Positions 1 through 8,900 of a stretch of DNA of 64,000 nt are shown here, piece by piece; the stretch's first letter is position 1, and each line of letters begins with the position of its first letter. Position numbers and translations under genes: made by a program. Under the pieces are notes generated by a model, which saw only the letters and a list, made by a program, of their open reading frames with translations, did not search any database and had not been told where the DNA came from. The stretch lies in NCBI RefSeq assembly GCF_040383245.1, contig NZ_JBEIDX010000010.1, forward strand, positions 4,387 to 68,386. Reading direction: 5' to 3'. The DNA is from Flavobacterium sp. (GTDB taxonomy: Bacteria; Bacteroidota; Bacteroidia; Flavobacteriales; Flavobacteriaceae).

Positions 1-136
1 TATTCATAATGAATCCCAACGAACCTTCGTTGCTGTGCTCTGCAAGTAAAATTACAGATCTATTAAAGTAGAGGTCTCCTAAAATGGAAGGCTCGGCAAT
101 TAATAGTTGTCCTTTTTGAAGTTTTTCTGAGATCAT
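1..136 (-). CDS. YqgE/AlgH family protein (UPF0301), N-terminal fragment; gene continues beyond the left edge
   Basis: Not in the ORF track (edge). Minus-strand ATG at 136..134. My translation MISEKLQKGQLLIAEPSILGDLYFNRSVILLAEHSNEGSLGFIMN fits the conserved YqgE/AlgH N-terminus. Confidence 0.8.
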   Translation of the reverse strand, partial: MISEKLQKGQLLIAEPSILGDLYFNRSVILLAEHSNEGSLGFIMN

Positions 137-192
137 TATTTTTATATATAAATTAAAAGTACAAAAAACCATTTAAAGATATCAAGTTAGGG

Positions 193-219
193 CAAAAAAA
201 ATCACGCTAAAAGCGTGAT
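193..219 (-). terminator. intrinsic terminator downstream of the HU gene
   Basis: Stem atcacgct (201-208) / agcgtgat (212-219) with a 3-nt loop. The A-run at 194-200 becomes a U-run on the minus strand. Confidence 0.7.
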
Positions 220-241
220 TTTATATTGAAGTGGAAACTTA

Positions 242-514
242 CTAGTTTACTGAACCATCTAATTCAGCACCAGCTTTAAATTTAACTACATTTTTAGCAG
301 CGATTTTAATAGTTTTTCCAGTTTGTGGGTTTCTTCCGTCTCTAGCAGCTCTTCTAGTAACTGACCAAGATCCAAAACCTACTAAAGAAACTCTTCCACC
401 TTTTTTCAAAGTAGATCCTACATTTCCTAAAAATGACTCTAAAGCTAATTTAGCAGCAGCTTTTGTAATTCCTGCATCTGCAGCAATAGCATCGATTAAT
501 TCTGATTTGTTCAT
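242..514 (-). CDS. hup: HU family DNA-binding protein
   Basis: ORF 242..556. MNKSELIDAIAADAGITKAAAKLALESF...GFGSWSVTRRAARDGRNPQTGKTIKIAAKNVVKFKAG is a typical HU/IHF fold. Start moved to ATG 514 because a TAnnTTTG -7 box at 560..567 puts the longer start (556) at or before the TSS. Confidence 0.93.
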   Translation of the reverse strand: MNKSELIDAIAADAGITKAAAKLALESFLGNVGSTLKKGGRVSLVGFGSWSVTRRAARDGRNPQTGKTIKIAAKNVVKFKAGAELDGSVN

Positions 515-559
515 AATAATAGTTATTAATTGTTGGTTAAACATTTTTTTAATCAAAAC

Positions 560-567
560 AAATTTAG
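560..567 (-). promoter_or_regulatory. Bacteroidota-type -7 promoter box (TAaaTTTG) for hup
   Basis: Minus-strand taaatttg about 45 nt upstream of ATG 514; matches the TAnnTTTG consensus of Bacteroidota sigma-A promoters. Confidence 0.5.
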
Positions 568-611
568 TAGAAAATACCTACTGCGCAAGGCCTTGAGGCT
601 ATTTTAGCCAA

Positions 612-643
612 TTTTGTTGATAAGTAGCAGGTTTTGTTGATAA
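612..643 (+). repeat. direct repeat TTTTGTTGATAA x2, 20-nt period, upstream of the hup promoter
   Basis: Identical 12-mers at 612..623 and 632..643. A further TTTGTTGATAA at 13731..13741 lies upstream of the second OMP gene. Confidence 0.6.
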
Positions 644-696
644 AAGCGGCTTTTTTTGATGTTTTTTTGTTCGATTATACCAATATTTACAATGGT

Positions 697-1656
697 TTAC
701 ACCGCTTTTGCCTCGGCAGAAAGTGTCATTCCATTCAATAATTCGGCGGTTGTCATCCTCTTTTTTCCTGGAAACTGCAAACTTGTAATTTCTAAGTAAC
801 CATTTTGAACTGCAATTTTCATTTCTTTTTTAGTAGTTAGGATGCTGCCAATAGCATTAGTGTGGTTTTCTGCTACTAACCTGGCTTCGTATATTTTAAC
901 GCTCCACTCATTTTCACCATCCAAAAAAGTACACCAAGCACTAGGATAAGGTGAAAGTCCTCTAATAAGGTTGTAGATTTCAATTCCGGATTTTGTGAAA
1001 TCTATTTTGCAATTGTCTTTATTGAGTTTGTAGGCAGTTTTAATTTCGCTTGAATCTACCTGAATGGTTGTTGTAATATTCCCCTTTTCTATTAAAGCTA
1101 GCGTTTCGGTTACCGCTTCACAGCCAAGATTCATTAATCGGTCGTGAAGAACTCCTGCATTTTCAGAAATAGAAATCGGAGTTTCTTTACTAAGAATCAT
1201 AGCGCCGGTATCAATTTTGTCATCTATAAAGAAGGTTGTTACTCCGGTTTTGGTTTCTCCGTTAATAATTGCCCAGTTAATAGGTGCAGCACCACGATAA
1301 TTGGGAAGTAGGGAAGCATGAAGGTTAAAAGTTCCTAATTTTGGCATTTTCCAAACCACTTCGGGTAGCATTCTAAAGGCAACAACTACTTGAAGGTTGG
1401 CATTTAAACTTTTTAATTCTGATAAAAAATCTTCGTCTTTTAAATTGGTAGGCTGTAATAAATGCAGTTGATGTTCTAATGCATATTCCTTTACCGCCGA
1501 ATATTTTATTTTTTGTCCGCGTCCTGCTGGTTTGTCTGCAGCAGTAATTGCGCCAACCACTTCATGATTATTTTTTATGATCGTGTCTAAAATTCCTACA
1601 GCAAATTCGGGCGTACCCATAAAAACGATTCTTAATTTTTCCATAGTGTTTGGCAT
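697..1656 (-). CDS. fmt: methionyl-tRNA formyltransferase
   Basis: LRIVFMGTPEFAV N-terminus, HASLLPNYRGAAPINWAIINGE formyltransferase motif, C-terminal Fmt domain. An alternative start MEKL at 1641 is equally plausible. Confidence 0.95.
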   Translation of the reverse strand: MPNTMEKLRIVFMGTPEFAVGILDTIIKNNHEVVGAITAADKPAGRGQKIKYSAVKEYALEHQLHLLQPTNLKDEDFLSELKSLNANLQVVVAFRMLPEVVWKMPKLGTFNLHASLLPNYRGAAPINWAIINGETKTGVTTFFIDDKIDTGAMILSKETPISISENAGVLHDRLMNLGCEAVTETLALIEKGNITTTIQVDSSEIKTAYKLNKDNCKIDFTKSGIEIYNLIRGLSPYPSAWCTFLDGENEWSVKIYEARLVAENHTNAIGSILTTKKEMKIAVQNGYLEITSLQFPGKKRMTTAELLNGMTLSAEAKAV

Positions 1657-1682
1657 GTCGAGGCACGAAGCAGTCTCATTTT

Positions 1683-3578
1683 TTATTTCTTAATAGAATA
1701 TAAATTGTTTGGTTGAATAGTAATGGTGTCGTTTTCCATTAAAATTTGAAGTGCAAAGATAACATCGTCTTTTGGATATTTTGTAATTTTTTGAATATCT
1801 CTAGAGTTCAATTCTTGTAATTTTAATAGTTCAAGAACTTCTTTGGTTATTGTATTAATATCGACTTTCTTTTTGTTTTTCGAAATACAATACGAACAAA
1901 TGCCGCAATCGTCTTTTGCTTTTTCTCCAAAATAGTTTAACAACAATTTACTTTTACATTGTGTACCTTCATTAATATAATGGAGCACCGATTTTAGTTG
2001 GTCGGTCTTCAATTGATTTTGGGCTTCCAAATATTTAGCAACTCGGTTTATTGTTCTTTCATCTTCGCGCACTTCATTAAAGGTAATCGAAGCGTCATTG
2101 TTTTTTGCATTCAATTCGATGATTCCTTTTTCATTTAATTTATGCAAAATGGCCAATACTTGATTTTCATCGGAATTGGATTTTTTTGCAATAAGCGAAA
2201 TATTAATTACCGATTGCGATTCATAAACCCCGGGATTTGTTCTTAAAATGGTCAGAATTACTTCTTCATCCTGCGGATTTAAACTGATGTACCGCATTAC
2301 TTCTTTGGAAGGAATACAAAATTGTAGCGTAATTTTTTCAGAAAATTCCTGCGAAAGCGAAAGTATTCCTTGGCGATCTAGAAATTGTAAGGCATTGTAA
2401 ACCTTCAAAACCGAAAATGAATATTTAGTGCAAAAATGGTTGATATTGAAGTTGTATTTTTCATCCAATCCTTCTCCGTAGGCTATTTGAAAATAAGAAT
2501 TGAGTTTGATGTAAACCAACTTTAAAAAGGCTTTGTCACAAAGGACGCTCAAAAACTGCGATTCGGCATGAATCACATCCGATGGATTGGCAAGCAAAAT
2601 AGCAAAAGCTTTTTCGCCATTTCGGCCCGCTCTTCCGGCCTCTTGGTAATAGTTTTCAAGGTTGGAAGGAATGTGTAAATGCACTACGGTTTTTACATTG
2701 GCTTTGTCAATTCCCATTCCGAATGCATTGGTTGCAATCATCACTTGGGCTTTTTCATCCATCCAAAGCAGTCTGTTTTTTTCTTTTTCCTTAGCAGATA
2801 AACCGCCGTGGTAATATGTTGAAGAATATCCTAAAGAGTTTAATTGAAGCGCCGTTTCTGAACAGGCTTTTCTATTGTTTACATATAATATAGCAGGCTG
2901 TGGATTTTTTTTAAGAATTTGTTCTAACAAATTCAGTTTGTCTTCCACATTAAAAACCATGTAGGCTAAGTTTTCTCTAGCAAATGATTTTGTAAATACT
3001 TGCGCTTGCTGCATTTGTAATTGTGCCAAAATATCTTCTTGCACCTTACTTGTTGCTGTGGCTGTTAATGCTAAAAACGGAACTTTAGGAAAAAACGCTT
3101 TGAGCTTTGCAATTTTCAAATAGGCAGGTCTAAAATCATGTCCCCATTGCGAAACACAATGCGCTTCATCAATAACAATTAGATTAATAGGAAGATTTTT
3201 AATACGCTCTAGCACCCAATCACTTTGAAGTCGCTCCGGCGATAGATATAAAAATTTGTAATTACCATATTGGCAATTGTCAAGTAAGTCAATTAGTTCT
3301 TCTGAGTGAATTCCGCCTGTTAAAGCAATGGCTTTAATTCCTTTGCTTTGCAAGTTTTCAACTTGGTCTTTCATCAAAGCAACTAAAGGTGAAATAACCA
3401 AACAAATGCCTTCCTTAAGCATAGCAGGAACCTGAAAAGTAATTGATTTTCCGCCTCCGGTTGGCATTAATCCGAAAGTATCTTTGCCTTCTAAAACCGA
3501 ATTAATAATGGCTTCCTGAGGCGTTCTAAACGCATCATGGTTCCAATATTTTTTTAGGATTTCTATCGGTTTGGACAT
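1683..3578 (-). CDS. recQ: RecQ family ATP-dependent DNA helicase
   Basis: Walker A MPTGGGKS, DEAH box VIDEAHCVSQWGHDFRPAY, helicase C motifs (ATNAFGMGIDK, QEAGRAGRNG), C-terminal Cys cluster CGICSYC. Confidence 0.9.
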   Translation of the reverse strand: MSKPIEILKKYWNHDAFRTPQEAIINSVLEGKDTFGLMPTGGGKSITFQVPAMLKEGICLVISPLVALMKDQVENLQSKGIKAIALTGGIHSEELIDLLDNCQYGNYKFLYLSPERLQSDWVLERIKNLPINLIVIDEAHCVSQWGHDFRPAYLKIAKLKAFFPKVPFLALTATATSKVQEDILAQLQMQQAQVFTKSFARENLAYMVFNVEDKLNLLEQILKKNPQPAILYVNNRKACSETALQLNSLGYSSTYYHGGLSAKEKEKNRLLWMDEKAQVMIATNAFGMGIDKANVKTVVHLHIPSNLENYYQEAGRAGRNGEKAFAILLANPSDVIHAESQFLSVLCDKAFLKLVYIKLNSYFQIAYGEGLDEKYNFNINHFCTKYSFSVLKVYNALQFLDRQGILSLSQEFSEKITLQFCIPSKEVMRYISLNPQDEEVILTILRTNPGVYESQSVINISLIAKKSNSDENQVLAILHKLNEKGIIELNAKNNDASITFNEVREDERTINRVAKYLEAQNQLKTDQLKSVLHYINEGTQCKSKLLLNYFGEKAKDDCGICSYCISKNKKKVDINTITKEVLELLKLQELNSRDIQKITKYPKDDVIFALQILMENDTITIQPNNLYSIKK

Positions 3579-3625
3579 GGAATAATTACGAATTTACTAT
3601 TTCGTAAAAGTAGTAAAACAATAAA

Positions 3626-4159
3626 TTATAATTGATTTAAAATGAAAGAGATTCGTTCTTCCACAGTTCCTTTTGGAACTTCAATCAAATGATAACCATA
3701 TTTTTGGTAGGTTTCAGTAAGGTGATTGTAAATGAGTGTGGCTTGTTCAAAGTTCTCATAGCGCTCGTTATCACTTTCATATATTTCTTCCCAAGGCGGA
3801 AGTAAGAATATTTTGGTGTAAATATGTTCGCGACAAGCCAGATCAAAAAAAGCAGGATAACTGTCGCCAATGTAATGCATGTAGGCCAATACATCAGGAA
3901 TTCCCCTGTCTAGAAATACAATGTTGTGTGGTTCTTTTTGGGCATTGTAAAATTGTTTTTTTCTACCCTCTAAAAGTAGTTCGCTAAACAGTAACGGATT
4001 CTCTAAAAACAATTGTTCAATACCTTGTTTTTTAGCTTCCAAAGTTACCTCACGAGAAATTTCAGGATAGCAGCAAAAACCTTTGGCTAGCAAGCCTTCA
4101 ATAATTGTTGTTTTTCCTGTGCCTGGACCTCCAATAATAACTACGATTTCTTTATTCAA
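3626..4159 (-). CDS. AAA_28/NadR-like P-loop ATPase
   Basis: N-terminal P-loop GGPGTGKTT. Size and layout resemble small AAA_28 (NadR C-terminal-like) kinases/ATPases. Confidence 0.7.
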   Translation of the reverse strand: MNKEIVVIIGGPGTGKTTIIEGLLAKGFCCYPEISREVTLEAKKQGIEQLFLENPLLFSELLLEGRKKQFYNAQKEPHNIVFLDRGIPDVLAYMHYIGDSYPAFFDLACREHIYTKIFLLPPWEEIYESDNERYENFEQATLIYNHLTETYQKYGYHLIEVPKGTVEERISFILNQL

Positions 4160-4230
4160 AATGTATCGAAATAAGCGGCAAATTTATAGATTTGTTTTAG
4201 ATTTAAAGTTGGAAATTAATTAAATTTTTA

Positions 4231-4238
4231 TATTTTTG
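4231..4238 (+). promoter_or_regulatory. -7 box TAttTTTG upstream of the FISUMP lipoprotein gene
   Basis: tatttttg 35 nt upstream of ATG 4273. Confidence 0.4.
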
Positions 4239-4272
4239 GAAACTATTCTCAAAATACAAATCAGATTCAATT

Positions 4273-5316
4273 ATGAAAAATTTATTAGTTGTTGCCTTTT
4301 TTTCCTTGTTCTTTTTTAGTTGTAGTAACAAAGAGGGTGTTTCTGGATCTTCAAGTTCAGATGGAGAATTAAGGGTACAAACTTATAGTATTCAGGATAT
4401 AAATTTTACTAGTGCAAAATGTATTGGGGTACTTACTCTTGGAAGTTATGCAACTTCTGATTATGGAATTTGCTGGAGTACTTTACAAAATCCTGTTGCA
4501 ACAGGCCCTCATGCTCAAGGAACTTTAAATGCAGGTTCCTCTGTTTTTTCTAGTATTATTGGGCCATTAATTGCAAATACCACTTACTATGTAAGGGCAT
4601 ATGCAAAAGATGCTACTGGAACTGTATATGGAGCTCAAATGTCATTTACAACTTTAAATATGGTGGGTTCTACTGGTGGCGGACTAGTTGATGTTGAAGG
4701 GGAAGCATATGAATCTGTGGTTATTAACGGAAAAGAATGGATGCGAAGAAACTTAAATGTAAGTAAATACAAAAATGGTGATGTAATACCTCAAGTTACC
4801 GATGTGGCTCAATGGGATGCATTAACAACAGGTGCTTGGTGTTATTATGAGAACGATACGGCTAATGGACCTATTTATGGTAAATTATACAATTGGTATG
4901 CTATTAATGATAGTAGGGGTTTAGCTCCAACAGGATGGCATATTGCTACCGATGCAGAATGGACTAGTTTAACTGATTTTTTAGGCGGTGCAAATGTAGC
5001 TGGTAAAAAACTAAAAGACAATTCTGCAACTTCAACTTGGGATGTGACTACACATTATGCTACCAATCAATCAGGGTTTTCGGCATTACCAGGTGGAGTA
5101 GGTTATTTAAATTATAGTTTACCACCTTCTCCTGCTGTTCCAGCTCTTTCAGATTTATTTAAATGGAAAACAAAAGCTGCATATTGGTGGACTTCAACTC
5201 CAGGTAATTCAGCTGAATATAACTGGGTAAGAGATGTTAATAGCACAAGTGATCAATTGGTGCGCAGTGGTGCGGTTAAAAGCAGTGCTTTATCTGTGCG
5301 TTGTGTAAAAAACTAA
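4273..5316 (+). CDS. lipoprotein with Fibrobacter succinogenes major paralogous (FISUMP) domain
   Basis: Lipobox FFSC. Fn3-like module (YGICWST...TTYYVRAYAKDATGTVYG) followed by the FISUMP signature (INGKEWMRRNLNV...YGKLYNWYA...LAPTGWHIATDAEW..L...GG...AGKKLK...GFSALPGG...WWTST...SVRCVKN). Confidence 0.85.
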   Translation: MKNLLVVAFFSLFFFSCSNKEGVSGSSSSDGELRVQTYSIQDINFTSAKCIGVLTLGSYATSDYGICWSTLQNPVATGPHAQGTLNAGSSVFSSIIGPLIANTTYYVRAYAKDATGTVYGAQMSFTTLNMVGSTGGGLVDVEGEAYESVVINGKEWMRRNLNVSKYKNGDVIPQVTDVAQWDALTTGAWCYYENDTANGPIYGKLYNWYAINDSRGLAPTGWHIATDAEWTSLTDFLGGANVAGKKLKDNSATSTWDVTTHYATNQSGFSALPGGVGYLNYSLPPSPAVPALSDLFKWKTKAAYWWTSTPGNSAEYNWVRDVNSTSDQLVRSGAVKSSALSVRCVKN

Positions 5317-5340
5317 TTTATTATACAATTAGAATAATAG

Positions 5341-5372
5341 AAAAAGCTACAACTTTTAGTTGTAGCTTTTTT
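5341..5372. terminator. bidirectional intrinsic terminator between convergent genes
   Basis: gctacaac (5346-5353) / gttgtagc (5359-5366), flanked by an A-run and a T-run. Confidence 0.75.
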
Positions 5373-5412
5373 ATTTTAGATAAATAGTAAAGCAGCTATA
5401 TTAGCTTTTGAA

Positions 5413-6192
5413 TTAGGCTTTGTCTAATACTTTTCTTGTGACTTTTACTACTATTGCTCTTGGTATTAATCTTGAGGAGAAAGCCAGAACTGAATTCATA
5501 ATTCCGTGTATGGCAACAGTTTTTCCTTTCATCATGGAAGCATAGCCAAATTCGGCCACTTCTTTAGCAGAAGGTAAATTTTTTGATTTAAAGATTTTGC
5601 TGTCATTCATTGCAGCAGCATCTTGAAAACCTGTTTTTGTAGCACCAGGACAAAGTGCCGTTATTGTAATTCCTTTATTTCTAACCTCATTGTTTACTGC
5701 TTCACTAAAACTCAATACATAGGCTTTGGTGGCACTGTATACTGCAAATGTTGGTCCGGATTGAAATGCAGCCGTTGAAGCTACATTCATTATTTTGCCT
5801 CGACCACGAAGTACCATATCTTGTAAGTATAATTTTGTAAAATGGGTTAGCGTGGTCATATTCAAATTAATCATTTGAAGTTCTTTATTCCAATCTGTTT
5901 CTGTAAACATTCCGTAGTCTCCAAAACCGGCATTGTTTATCAAGTAGTCAATTTGAATGTTTTGTTCGGTAGTTTCGTTATAAATCTCTTGAGCCGCATT
6001 AATTTCAGAAAGGTCTTTGATGAATAGGTAAACCGAAATTTTATATTGCTCTTCTAATTCTTTTTTAATTTCTTCTAATTTGGATTTGTTTCTTGCAATT
6101 AAAACTAAATCATGACCTTTTGAAGCATGAATTTTGGCCAATTCAAGTCCGATGCCGTTTGAAGCGCCTGTTATTAAAGCGGTGTTTTTCAT
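5413..6192 (-). CDS. SDR family oxidoreductase
   Basis: TGASNGIG cofactor motif, NNAG, and catalytic S...YSATK. Confidence 0.9.
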   Translation of the reverse strand: MKNTALITGASNGIGLELAKIHASKGHDLVLIARNKSKLEEIKKELEEQYKISVYLFIKDLSEINAAQEIYNETTEQNIQIDYLINNAGFGDYGMFTETDWNKELQMINLNMTTLTHFTKLYLQDMVLRGRGKIMNVASTAAFQSGPTFAVYSATKAYVLSFSEAVNNEVRNKGITITALCPGATKTGFQDAAAMNDSKIFKSKNLPSAKEVAEFGYASMMKGKTVAIHGIMNSVLAFSSRLIPRAIVVKVTRKVLDKA

Positions 6193-6276
6193 TTTTGTTC
6201 ATTAATATTATGATTCTTCAAATATATTTATTTTTTTAATTGAAATTACTTTATTTATATCCCATCCCCAGTCAAA

Positions 6277-6322
6277 TAGCCCTGATCGCAGCAAGCTACC
6301 AAGTAGCGCGGAGAGCAGGAAT
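6277..6322 (+). repeat. bipartite intergenic element, copy A (TAGCCCTGATCGCAGC ... AGCGCGGAGAGCAGGAAT)
   Basis: Relatively GC-rich patch in an AT-rich spacer. Both halves recur in inverted orientation at 34460..34537. Confidence 0.55.
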
Positions 6323-6419
6323 TTGGTTTACTAAAATGCGCCAAATTTTCGCTCCAAATAAATTAGCGGATAATTCTTAAAAATCTTATTTTGGATAACT
6401 TTATCTAATTTCAAAAATG

Positions 6420-6427
6420 TATATTTG
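6420..6427 (+). promoter_or_regulatory. -7 box TAtaTTTG for the DUF493/DUF4290/murA transcription unit
   Basis: tatatttg lies inside the long ORF-track version (6417..), which argues for the ATG at 6447. Confidence 0.5.
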
Positions 6428-6446
6428 CGTTTATTTTAATTACAGA

Positions 6447-6731
6447 ATGGATAAAAAGACCGAAGAATTTTATATTCGCCTGAAAGAAGAATTGAGTAGC
6501 ACTTCTGCTTGGCCTTCAGAATACTTGTATAAATTTATCGTTCCTACCGATACTACTAAAATTGTTGCGGTAGAAAAGGCATTTGATAATATGGGCGCGG
6601 TTATTAATACGCACCAATCAAAAGCAGGAAAATATACCAGTGTTTCGGTAAATGTAAGAATGAATTCGCCGGAGCATGTGGTTGAAAAATATCTAGAAGT
6701 TTCTACAATAGAAGGAATAATTTCATTTTAA
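6447..6731 (+). CDS. DUF493 (YbeD-like) family protein
   Basis: About 95 aa. WPSEYLYKFIVP motif typical of YbeD/DUF493. Start chosen downstream of the -7 box. Confidence 0.75.
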   Translation: MDKKTEEFYIRLKEELSSTSAWPSEYLYKFIVPTDTTKIVAVEKAFDNMGAVINTHQSKAGKYTSVSVNVRMNSPEHVVEKYLEVSTIEGIISF

Positions 6732-6732
6732 T

Positions 6733-7452
6733 ATGGTGCCAAAATACATAAAAGAGAATGCGAATGAGGTGGTAGGTCATTTGGAATACAATGCCGAAAG
6801 ACCGCATTTAATTATTCCGGAATATGGTCGTCATTTGCAAAAATTGATCGATCAAGCCAAAGTTATTGCAGACAGAGAAGAACGCAACAAGGCAGCCAAA
6901 TACATCATTCAGGTAATGGGAAGTTTGAATCCGCATTTGCGTGATGTGCCCGATTTTCAGCACAAGTTATGGGATCAGTTGTTTATCATGTCTGATTTTA
7001 TGATGGATGTAGATTCTCCTTATCCTATTCCTACTCGTGAGGTGATAAATTTAAAACCAGAGCGTTTACCTTATCCACAGAAAAATCCGAAATACCGTTT
7101 TTATGGAAACAATATCAAATACATGATAGAAGTTGCCGATAAATGGGAAGAAGGCGAAATGAAAAGTGCCTTGGTGAAAGTAATTGCCAACCACATGAAA
7201 AAATCATATTTAAGTTGGAATAAAGATACAGTTACCGATGTGGTAATTTTTGAACATTTATTTGAGCTTTCTGAAGGAACAATTAACCTGTTAGGAAGTG
7301 AAGAAGAATTGTCTACCACAACCGATTTAATTCGAACCAATAAAAAAGTTTCAAATAAAGCCGGTATGCCAATGCAAAAGAATATGAAACAAGGTTTTAA
7401 AAAACAAACAGGGAAAAAACCATTTATAAAGAACAATAATAATCCAAAATAA
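6733..7452 (+). CDS. DUF4290 domain-containing protein
   Basis: LEYNAERPHLIIPEYGRHLQKLIDQA... matches DUF4290. It lies immediately upstream of murA, as I recall is usual in Flavobacteriia. Lys-rich tail. Confidence 0.8.
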   Translation: MVPKYIKENANEVVGHLEYNAERPHLIIPEYGRHLQKLIDQAKVIADREERNKAAKYIIQVMGSLNPHLRDVPDFQHKLWDQLFIMSDFMMDVDSPYPIPTREVINLKPERLPYPQKNPKYRFYGNNIKYMIEVADKWEEGEMKSALVKVIANHMKKSYLSWNKDTVTDVVIFEHLFELSEGTINLLGSEEELSTTTDLIRTNKKVSNKAGMPMQKNMKQGFKKQTGKKPFIKNNNNPK

Positions 7453-7461
7453 AAAAAGGAG

Positions 7462-7521
7462 CTAAGGCACTAAGGGTCTAAGAAAACTAAGAAACTTATT
7501 GCTAAATACCTAAGAACCTAA
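7462..7521 (+). repeat. phased CTAAG/CTAAA microrepeat (7 copies, mostly 8-nt period) in the DUF4290-murA spacer
   Basis: CTAAG at 7462, 7470, 7478, 7487 and 7510; CTAAA at 7502 and 7518. Confidence 0.8.
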
Positions 7522-7530
7522 ATCGACTAT

Positions 7531-8841
7531 ATGGGAACTTTTAAAATTGAAGGAGGCATTAGATTAAAAGGGGATGTAACCCCACAAGGTGCTAAAAACG
7601 AAGCGTTACAAATATTATGTGCGGTGTTGTTAACACCAGAAAAAGTTACAATTAATAATATTCCAGATATTATTGATGTAAATAAATTGATTACGCTATT
7701 AGGAAACTTGGGTGTAAAAATTCAAAAAAATGGTCCAGGATCAATCACTTTTCAAGCCGATGAGGTTAATGTGGGCTATCTTGAAACCGAAGCCTTTAAA
7801 AAAGAAGGGGGATCGCTCAGAGGTTCTATTATGATTGTTGGTCCGTTGTTATCTCGTTTTGGAAAAGGATACATTCCGAAACCAGGTGGAGATAAAATTG
7901 GAAGAAGAAGATTGGATACGCACTTTGAAGGATTTATTAATTTGGGTGCCAAATTTAGATATGAAAAAGAAGACCATTTTTATGGAGTTGAAACTTCAAC
8001 AAGATTAAAAGGGACTTATATGTTACTTGACGAAGCTTCTGTAACGGGAACTGCCAATATTGTTATGGCAGCCGTATTGGCAGAAGGAGTAACTACAATT
8101 TATAATGCTGCTTGTGAGCCGTATTTGCAACAATTATGCAAAATGCTTAACTCTATGGGAGCTAAAATTGGTGGAGTAGGATCAAACTTATTGACTATTG
8201 AAGGAGTAGAAAGTCTTGGTGGTTGTGAGCACAGAATACTTCCTGATATGATTGAAATTGGTTCTTGGATAGGTCTTGCGGCGATGACAAGAAGTGAGAT
8301 TACTATTAAAAATGTGAGTTGGGATAATTTGGGTGTTATTCCAAATGTATTTAGAAAACTTGGAATTACCTTAGAAAGAAAAGGAGATGATATTTACATC
8401 CCTTCTCATGAAAATGGATACGAAGTTAAAACCGATATTGACGGATCAATATTGACCATTGCTGATGCACCATGGCCAGGATTCACTCCCGATTTATTGA
8501 GTATTGTTTTGGTAGTGGCTACACAAGCCAATGGCGATGTATTGATTCATCAAAAAATGTTTGAAAGTCGTTTGTTCTTTGTGGATAAATTGATTGATAT
8601 GGGTGCTAAAATTATGTTGTGTGATCCTCACCGTGCTGTGGTTATGGGGCATAATTTTAAATCACAATTAAAAGCAACTGTTATGAGTTCGCCAGATATT
8701 AGAGCCGGAATTTCTTTATTAATTGCAGCACTTTCTGCAAAAGGAACTTCAACGATTCAAAATATCGAACAAATTGATAGAGGTTACGAACGCATCGATG
8801 AGCGTCTAAGAGCTTTAGGTGCGAATATTGTTAGAGTATAA
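7531..8841 (+). CDS. murA: UDP-N-acetylglucosamine 1-carboxyvinyltransferase
   Basis: Full-length MurA: GAKNEALQILCA, PGGDKIGRRRLDTH (Asp in place of the active-site Cys), C-terminal IDRGYERIDERLRALGA. Confidence 0.96.
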   Translation: MGTFKIEGGIRLKGDVTPQGAKNEALQILCAVLLTPEKVTINNIPDIIDVNKLITLLGNLGVKIQKNGPGSITFQADEVNVGYLETEAFKKEGGSLRGSIMIVGPLLSRFGKGYIPKPGGDKIGRRRLDTHFEGFINLGAKFRYEKEDHFYGVETSTRLKGTYMLLDEASVTGTANIVMAAVLAEGVTTIYNAACEPYLQQLCKMLNSMGAKIGGVGSNLLTIEGVESLGGCEHRILPDMIEIGSWIGLAAMTRSEITIKNVSWDNLGVIPNVFRKLGITLERKGDDIYIPSHENGYEVKTDIDGSILTIADAPWPGFTPDLLSIVLVVATQANGDVLIHQKMFESRLFFVDKLIDMGAKIMLCDPHRAVVMGHNFKSQLKATVMSSPDIRAGISLLIAALSAKGTSTIQNIEQIDRGYERIDERLRALGANIVRV

Positions 8842-8856
8842 TTTGAACTAAATATT

Positions 8857-8888
8857 AAAAAAGAGGTGCAACTAGTACCTCTTTTTTA
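8857..8888 (+). terminator. intrinsic terminator after murA
   Basis: Stem aagaggtgc / gtacctctt followed by a T-run. Confidence 0.7.
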
Positions 8889-8900
8889 TTTTATAGAATT

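Noticed and set aside
3685-3987. Two ORFs (69 aa on the minus strand, 83 aa on the plus strand) inside the AAA_28 ATPase gene
   Set aside because: They are fully embedded in or antisense to a well-supported gene. Their sequences are low-complexity or Cys/Lys-biased with no motifs. They are typical shadow ORFs.
1683-4159. RecQ helicase plus adjacent P-loop ATPase (and the many other helicases/nucleases in the window: RecG, UvrD, DEAD-box, RmuC) as a defence island
   Set aside because: These genes are scattered among housekeeping genes and each has the canonical full-length housekeeping architecture. No cluster combines them with typical defence effectors.
7101-7436. 111-aa antisense ORF within the DUF4290 gene
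   Set aside because: Hydrophobic, Phe/Ile-rich translation typical of the reverse strand of a Lys/Glu-rich gene. It has no independent signals.
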